Source: Thermoplasmata archaeon
GTDB lineage: Archaea > Thermoplasmatota > Thermoplasmata > Lutacidiplasmatales > UBA184
DNA length: 57,176 nt
Assembly: GCA_022750125.1 (NCBI GenBank)
Contig: JAKIWH010000001.1
Span: forward strand, 1-57,176
Reading direction: 5' to 3'
Every line of letters starts with the position of its first letter. The first letter of the stretch is position 1. Below the pieces are notes generated by a model that saw only the letters and a program-made list of their open reading frames with translations, was not told where the DNA came from and ran no database searches. Position numbers and translations under genes: made by a program. This document shows positions 51,385 to 57,176 of the stretch, piece after piece.

Positions 51385-54261
51385 TCACACTGACCCGGGT
51401 GGCCTGCGGGCGCCTCGGTTTTGGCCACCAATCAGGAGCATCACTACAGCGATGGCGAGGCAAGCAACGGCCACCCCGAGTCCCACTAGCACCAGAGCGA
51501 GACCCTCAGGAACACCGAGGAGGCTAGGGGTGGGATGTACGGGTGGCGGAATCGGGCTCGTCCTCGCCGTCAACGTCCAAGAGGCGTTCGCGGAGCCTCC
51601 GACACTGTCGTTCGCCCATACCCGCGTCGCGTAGGCTCCCGCTCTCGGGAAGGTATGGGTCACCGTTGGGCCCTCACCCGTTGCCCCATCCCCAAACCTC
51701 CACAAAAACTGAAGAGGTCCCGTACCGCCTGCGCCCACTACTGCAAAGCTCACCGGCTCTCCCGCGAGGGTGTCTGAGGCGTTTGCGACGACGGTAACGG
51801 TTGGGGGCGGGTTCACGACGAGGGAAACCGCCGGAGACACCTGCTCGAATCCATTCGAGTCGCTGAGGGCGAGCGATATCGTGTAGACACCCGCCACCGA
51901 TGGAACAAGGAGTGCACTCGTTCCGCTAGGGGAAGAGCCGGGCGGAAGTCCGAGCCACTGCTCGAGGTATTCTCCCGTCCCACCCGAGATTGAGACGTTG
52001 GCCGTAACGCTCTGTCCAGCATCGATCACCGATCGAGACAGCCAAGGTTGGGTGATCACAGGATCAGCGTACGAGGTAAGGGTGACAGGGCCGAAGGTCG
52101 AGGGCCAGCCGTTCGAGTCGGTCGCCGTGACGGTGGGTCCGAACCTCCCGGTCCCGTTAATGGCCGAACACACGACTACGGGCGAGTCCGCAGGAGGGGG
52201 GCAACCGGGCGGAAGTCCGCTCCAGACGAAATCGAACCCGCCGGAGCCCAAAGTAGCTCGAGCTTCGACGAGCAGGCCCTGGCCGAGGTCCACGGAGGTG
52301 GGCGCCTGCAGGACGACCTTCGGGTCCGCGAAGACGTCGAAGCTCAGGTTGGAGGAGGTGAGCGATGCCCCCGCTGCGTCGGTGACCGTTACCCAGACTA
52401 GGAAACGACCAATCGCGCTAGGGTAGCAACTGATGGATCCCACCGTCCCGGCACAACCTGCGGGTAGTCCCGTCCAAACGTATGAGTAGCCCCCGGGACC
52501 TGCGAAGGCCGATACGGAGAGAGTCACCAGCTGTCCTACGTCTAGAGATGTCCTCGACGCGCTTGCCGGAGTGAGCGAGAGGGCCGGTGTGACTGTGATT
52601 TTGGACCGAGCCCATACCGTGCGTGGAGCCCCGTCGGTGACGTTCAGCCAGAGGGTGTACTCGCCGGGCATGCTGGCCAGACAGGTTGCGCTCAGCGGGC
52701 CGGTGAGGTTCTGAATCTTCACGGTGGACTCCAACGAGCAGGTGAGCCCGACCGCCGGCTCGACCGTAGCGCTCGCGTTATCCCTCCCGTTCCCCACCGC
52801 CCACAGGGAGGCGTTCACCGAGAAGTTCCGGCCCACTTCCTGGAGGGGGCCGGACGCTAGGGTAGGCGCCCGGATTCCTAGCAGCGTCGACAAGATCGTG
52901 ATGTTGGGCCCCCAAACTGGGTCACCGACGAACACGGCCCCCGCCATGGGGTCGTAGACCAGGCCGGCTCCCCCACTGTAAAAATCCGAAGAACTGGTGC
53001 AGGGACACGGATTGATCAGCGAGCTCGTCACCTCCTTTGAGCCGTTGAGGGCAATGAGTTCGGTCACCCCCGAAGTCATGACGTAGTCGAGCCCGTTGGC
53101 CGGGTCAAACACCGTCTGGACGGTGGTCTCGTTCGCGGGGACTTTGATTTTCGCGAGTACCCCGGAGCCATTCGTCTCGTTCCCCGCGACGACGGTAACA
53201 AAGGAGCCGTTCCAGTTGGTGACCACGAGATCGTTGTGCAAGGGATCGTAGCTGAGTCTGAGGGGACTTTGGAAATCGTTCCCACCGCAGCACGAGGCGA
53301 CACCGCCGATGGATCCTACCACCTGGGTCCCGTTGATGACGGTAAGGCTCGAATTGGAAAAGTCTACGGCGTAGACGAGCCCGTTCGATGAGTCGTACGC
53401 GACTCCAGCGTATTCTCCAGGAAGACTCAGTACGGAAACGATCCGGGTACCCGAAAGGATTGTGATTCGTGAACCGTAGTTGCTGACGTATACGTAGCCG
53501 TTTGCCGGATCGTAAACAGCGCCACTGGGACCATCGAACGCGCTCGCGTTCGTAAGGTTCTGAACGATGGTCGTTCCGTTCAGGACCAGAACTGTTTCCC
53601 CGGCGGAGGCGTCGGGGTTCAACTCCTCTGTGCCATACAGGTAGCCGGACTTGGGATCGAGCGTCAGGCTGCTGACGTAGCTCGGCATTTGGGTGCTTCG
53701 AACGACAGTGCCGCCGCGCACCTCTAGAATGCGGCCGAACGCCCACGGAGGTAGGATTGGACAGTAGATGCAGCCCGAAGAATCCGCTAGGAAGACCGTT
53801 GCGTGACCTGGATCATAGACGCCCCCAACCTCGTGCACCACTCCGAGGTATGCTCCCGATCCGTTACTCAGCTGGCCAACGGGCGTCCCGACCTCTGGAG
53901 CGGGAGTCGAATTCAACCCAACAACTCTGGACCCTGCATCCGAGAGGACGGAACTCGTCAGCGACGGGGGCTCGGCTAGCGGCTTCGAGTCCAAGCGTGA
54001 ATGCCAGAGGAGAGGAGCATGAACTGAAACTGCAGAATCCCCCGAGAGCAGCTCGGCCGGTGCCGAACGATCGCTGTCCGGACGGAGCGTCTCACGTGGC
54101 GGCTCGGTCGAGGCCGCTTCGGGAGTCGAGCTCCCGGGCGCGGGCAACTCACTCCGTTCTGAGAGGAGCGCACCCGCGTCCGAAGGGACGGCTAGGAGGA
54201 CGACGAGGAGCCCCGTCCCGACGACTGTGACTGCGCCGATGGCCCGCAGTTGAAGTCCCAT
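51385..54261 (-). CDS. Large surface protein: signal peptide, YVTN-type beta-propeller, several PKD-like modules, C-terminal TM anchor
   Basis: YVTN repeats (GYVYVSNYGSRITIL, GLVYAVDFSNSSLTVI, DLVVTNWNGSFVTVV). PKD-like modules carrying W(T/S)GLP(A/P)GC, and a canonical FLWRFGDGATGEGPTVTHTF module. TM helix LALVLVGLGVAVACLAIAVVMLLI. Confidence 0.87.
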   Translation of the reverse strand: MGLQLRAIGAVTVVGTGLLVVLLAVPSDAGALLSERSELPAPGSSTPEAASTEPPRETLRPDSDRSAPAELLSGDSAVSVHAPLLWHSRLDSKPLAEPPSLTSSVLSDAGSRVVGLNSTPAPEVGTPVGQLSNGSGAYLGVVHEVGGVYDPGHATVFLADSSGCIYCPILPPWAFGRILEVRGGTVVRSTQMPSYVSSLTLDPKSGYLYGTEELNPDASAGETVLVLNGTTIVQNLTNASAFDGPSGAVYDPANGYVYVSNYGSRITILSGTRIVSVLSLPGEYAGVAYDSSNGLVYAVDFSNSSLTVINGTQVVGSIGGVASCCGGNDFQSPLRLSYDPLHNDLVVTNWNGSFVTVVAGNETNGSGVLAKIKVPANETTVQTVFDPANGLDYVMTSGVTELIALNGSKEVTSSLINPCPCTSSSDFYSGGAGLVYDPMAGAVFVGDPVWGPNITILSTLLGIRAPTLASGPLQEVGRNFSVNASLWAVGNGRDNASATVEPAVGLTCSLESTVKIQNLTGPLSATCLASMPGEYTLWLNVTDGAPRTVWARSKITVTPALSLTPASASRTSLDVGQLVTLSVSAFAGPGGYSYVWTGLPAGCAGTVGSISCYPSAIGRFLVWVTVTDAAGASLTSSNLSFDVFADPKVVLQAPTSVDLGQGLLVEARATLGSGGFDFVWSGLPPGCPPPADSPVVVCSAINGTGRFGPTVTATDSNGWPSTFGPVTLTSYADPVITQPWLSRSVIDAGQSVTANVSISGGTGEYLEQWLGLPPGSSPSGTSALLVPSVAGVYTISLALSDSNGFEQVSPAVSLVVNPPPTVTVVANASDTLAGEPVSFAVVGAGGTGPLQFLWRFGDGATGEGPTVTHTFPRAGAYATRVWANDSVGGSANASWTLTARTSPIPPPVHPTPSLLGVPEGLALVLVGLGVAVACLAIAVVMLLIGGQNRGARRPPGSV

Positions 54262-54556
54262 ACAAACTCTCCCTAGGGCACTTCGGACGCATCTCTCGTG
54301 CCAATCCGGTTCGATCGCCTCTCCAGCCTTGAGTCCGAGAATTGCGGCTTGAAGCAGCGTGGCAGACTCATGGACAGCCAGCCCTTCTCCACCACGGTCG
54401 AGCCACCCGCGCGTCTACGACCCGCCTGGGGGTGATGGACCTTTGCAAACTAGGATTGGTCGAGCCGCGGGCGGGCGAACGATTGAACACGGGCGATGCG
54501 TCGCAAGCTACCCCGGTCCCGCCGACGCCGTTCGGGGCAGCCCGCCCGCCTCAACT

Positions 54557-54564
54557 CTTAAAGA
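54557..54564 (+). promoter_or_regulatory. TATA-like box CTTAAAGA
   Basis: About 33 nt upstream of the GTG at 54594. This supports the shorter tdh start. Confidence 0.4.
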
Positions 54565-54593
54565 CGCGAATCGTTCGACCGGTTGAGGAAGGC

Positions 54594-55655
54594 GTGCAGG
54601 CGTTCGTCAAGACTCACAGGGGGCCCGGGGGGGAGCTCGAGAAGGTCCCGGATCCACGACCAACCGAGGACGAGGTCCTGGTCGCCGCCCGGGCTGCCTC
54701 GGTGTGCGGCACCGATGTCCACATCTGGGAGTGGAACGAGTGGGCCCAGTCCCGGATCAAGCGGGTGCCTATGATCCTCGGGCACGAGCTGAGCGGCGAG
54801 GTCGTAGAGGTCGGTGCCCGCGTAAAGAGCCTGGCCGTCGGCGACCACGTCTCCGCCGAGACGCACATCGCGGACGGTACCTGCTACCAATGCCGGACCG
54901 GCAAGATGCACATCTGCGAGAATGTCCAGGTCCTCGGGGTCGACCGGGACGGGGTGTTCGCCGAGTACGCCGTGCTACCCGAAACGAACGCATGGAAGAA
55001 CGATCCCGCCCTCGACCCCTCGCTCGCCTCCATCCAGGAGCCGCTCGGGAATGCGGTCCATGCCCTCCTGCCCGAGGACAACGTGGAGGACCTCGCCGGC
55101 AAGAACGTGCTCGTCACCGGTTGCGGCCCCATCGGGCTTCTCGCCATCGCGGTCGCCAAGACGTTCGGGGCGTCAAGTGTCATCGCGACCGAAGTGAATC
55201 GGGTGCGCTCGGATCTCGCGCACCTGATGGGCGCCGACCTCGTGCTGAATCCGCAGACCGAGGGGGCGAACCTCGCCGAGCGGATTCGTGAGGCGACCGG
55301 CGGCTACGGCGTCGACGTCGCCACGGAGATGTCGGGACACCCGAGCTCCCTGCCGCTCGTCTTTGAGGCACTCCGCCTGGGAGGACGGGTCTCGCTGCTC
55401 GGACTCTTCGACCGCCCGGTTCCCCTCAACGTCGACGACGCGATCATCTTCCGCGCGGCGCGGGTCTACGGCATCTTCGGCCGTAGAATGTTCGCGACCT
55501 GGTACACCGTGAAAGGGCTACTCGCGAGCCCGAGCTTCCGCGACAAGATGGCCCGTATCATCACCCACCGCGTCCCGATCTCCGAGCTCCCGCGGGCGAT
55601 GGAGCTCATCCACTCGAGCGAAGCCGCCAAGGTCTCCCTCCTCGCCAAGTGGTGA
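54594..55655 (+). CDS. tdh: L-threonine 3-dehydrogenase
   Basis: From the GTG at 54594: (M)QAFVKTHRGPGGELEKV...VCGTDVHIWEWNEWAQSRIK.P.ILGHELSGEVVEVG...CYQCRTGKMHIC. Immediately followed by kbl. The upstream 84 codons of the track ORF lack homology. Confidence 0.9.
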   Translation: MQAFVKTHRGPGGELEKVPDPRPTEDEVLVAARAASVCGTDVHIWEWNEWAQSRIKRVPMILGHELSGEVVEVGARVKSLAVGDHVSAETHIADGTCYQCRTGKMHICENVQVLGVDRDGVFAEYAVLPETNAWKNDPALDPSLASIQEPLGNAVHALLPEDNVEDLAGKNVLVTGCGPIGLLAIAVAKTFGASSVIATEVNRVRSDLAHLMGADLVLNPQTEGANLAERIREATGGYGVDVATEMSGHPSSLPLVFEALRLGGRVSLLGLFDRPVPLNVDDAIIFRAARVYGIFGRRMFATWYTVKGLLASPSFRDKMARIITHRVPISELPRAMELIHSSEAAKVSLLAKW

Positions 55656-56854
55656 ACCCCGTGCGAGACCCGACCTCCTTCCTTCGAAGCGAGTACGAGG
55701 AGCTGGTCCACGCTGACCTCGACTGGAAGATCCGCATCTTGGACGGTGCGAGCGCCCCCTGGTCGATCGTGGAAGGAAAGAAGGTACTCATGTTCTGCTC
55801 GAACAACTATCTCGGGCTGAGCAACCACCCCGCCCTCAAGGAGGCGGCGATCGAGGCCGTGCGGACGCACGGAGTCGGCTCGGGCTCCGTCCGACCGATC
55901 GCCGGGACGATGGACCTGCACGCCGAGCTCGAGCGCCGGCTCGCGCGATTCAAGGGCGCCGAAGCGTCCCTCGTCTACCAGACCGGGTTCGCCGCGAACT
56001 CGGGGCTCATCCCCCAGCTCGTGGGCGAGGGGGATCTCGTCGTGAGCGACGAGCTGAACCACGGGAGCATCATCGACGGGGTCCGCCTCTCGCGGGCGGA
56101 GCGGGCCGTCTACAAGCACGCGGACCCGGCCGACTTGGAACGGGTCCTCCTTGAGGCAGAGCGCCACTCCCCGAGCTACCGTCGCGTCCTGATCATCACC
56201 GACGGCGTGTTCTCGATGGACGGCGACATCGCCCCTCTCGACAAGATCGCGGCTCTCGCCTCGGGCCACGGAGCGATGGTCTACGTGGACGACGCGCACG
56301 GGGAGGGGGTCCTCGGCGAGGGCGGGCGGGGAATCGTCTCCCACTTCCACCTCTCCCGCGAGCAGGTCCAAGTGGAGATGGGCACCTTCTCGAAGGCGTT
56401 CGGCGTCGTAGGCGGCCACGTTTCGGGTTCGCGGGACCTCGTCAACTTCGCGTACAACAGGTCCCGGACCTGGCTCCTGAGCGGATCCCATCCGCCCGCG
56501 GTGGTGGCCGCCTGCCTCGCTGCCGTCGAGGTCCTCGAGAAGGAGCCGGAGCACGTCCAGCGGCTCTGGGAGCGAACGCGGCAGTTCAAGAAGGCGATGG
56601 CCGCCCTCGGATTCGACATCGGGCGGAGCGAGACCCCCATCACCCCGGTCCTCGTCGGCGAGAGCCGTGTGGCGAAGCGGCTCAGTCAGCGTCTGTTCGA
56701 ACTCGGGGTCTTTGCCTTGCCCATCATCTTCCCCATGGTCGCCAAGGACAAGGCCAGGATCCGCACCATCATGAACGCGGCGCTCACGCCCGAAGACGTC
56801 GATTTCGCAATCTCCGCGTTCGAAAAGGCGGGGAAGGAACTCGCCCTTCTCTAG
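55649..56854 (+). CDS. kbl: 2-amino-3-ketobutyrate CoA ligase (glycine C-acetyltransferase)
   Basis: FCSNNYLGLSNHP, DELNHGSIIDG, DGVFSMDGD, and GTFSKAFG (PLP lysine). The GTG start overlaps the tdh stop by 7 nt. Confidence 0.9.
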   Translation: MVNPVRDPTSFLRSEYEELVHADLDWKIRILDGASAPWSIVEGKKVLMFCSNNYLGLSNHPALKEAAIEAVRTHGVGSGSVRPIAGTMDLHAELERRLARFKGAEASLVYQTGFAANSGLIPQLVGEGDLVVSDELNHGSIIDGVRLSRAERAVYKHADPADLERVLLEAERHSPSYRRVLIITDGVFSMDGDIAPLDKIAALASGHGAMVYVDDAHGEGVLGEGGRGIVSHFHLSREQVQVEMGTFSKAFGVVGGHVSGSRDLVNFAYNRSRTWLLSGSHPPAVVAACLAAVEVLEKEPEHVQRLWERTRQFKKAMAALGFDIGRSETPITPVLVGESRVAKRLSQRLFELGVFALPIIFPMVAKDKARIRTIMNAALTPEDVDFAISAFEKAGKELALL

Positions 56855-57176
56855 GAAAACCAGGCGCCACCTGCCGCTCGGCTCGCTCCGGCGCCGGACC
56901 GCTGGCGTCGCGCGCCGGAGCCCGGCTTCCTCCCGCTTCCCTTGTGCGTGAGGGTTATGCATCTCCTCCTGCTCCGACGCTCCCGATGGAGCCTACCGAC
57001 GATTCCCGTGGATTCATCACGGACGGCGTAGGTGCTGGAGACCGCTCAGCTCGTCGCCCGATTCCGGCTTGCCGAGTCCCACGCCAAGCTCAACGCACCT
57101 CGGTGGTACTCGTAGCCCTCGCTGCGGTCCTGCTCCTCGCGCTTCCCGGCGGCGGAGTCGGAGCCGTCCTGAGCGC

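Noticed and set aside
1-57176. CRISPR arrays, rRNA genes, IS elements or transposases
   Set aside because: I saw no regularly spaced short direct repeats, no rRNA-like conserved stretches, and no transposase or integrase-like ORFs in any frame.

Overview
This is a visibly GC-rich, gene-dense window of about 57 kb, and I read it as archaeal. The grounds are AT-rich TATA-like boxes about 25-40 nt upstream of start codons, an archaeal-type family B DNA polymerase, a RadB-like protein, and a tRNA without an encoded CCA. A Thermoplasmatota-like origin is only a guess.

The window opens inside a tRNA-Cys(GCA). Most of it is ordinary housekeeping and accessory metabolism:
- tdh-kbl
- a class-III aminotransferase, a Zn-ADH, a GNAT and a separate SSADH-like ALDH
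- pirin, a formamidase, a sulfite-oxidase-like Mo enzyme and a ROK/polyphosphate-glucokinase-like kinase
- two ABC-2 exporters, an EamA transporter, and MscS next to a TreT-like GT4
- several VOC, GNAT, DinB and SRPBCC small enzymes

Interspersed are very large secreted proteins (Kelch, YVTN, PKD, a DUF3494 ice-binding-like domain, a clan GH-A hydrolase). All are anchored by a C-terminal helix plus a basic tail.

The most interesting locus is a tight three-gene operon at 36.4-39.9 kb. It encodes a RadB/RecA-fold protein with a destroyed P-loop, a 98-aa helical protein, and a family B polymerase whose exonuclease motifs I/II and motif C are eroded. I interpret this as a candidate mutasome-like translesion module; that is inference.

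Other notable signals:
- A decayed copy of the polB 3' end lies 3 kb downstream, so the copies bracket a surface-protein gene.
- A decayed chimeric duplicate of a GNAT plus membrane gene pair brackets another membrane gene.
- A PKD-TM-wHTH protein looks like a membrane-tethered regulator.
- An orphan REC-HTH regulator is flanked by perfect palindromes.
- One VOC gene is internally deleted.
- A cluster of tiny ORFs includes a tandem-repeat basic protein.

I saw no CRISPR array, rRNA, transposase or integrase. Many long ORFs in the six-frame track are GC-driven antisense or out-of-frame artefacts.
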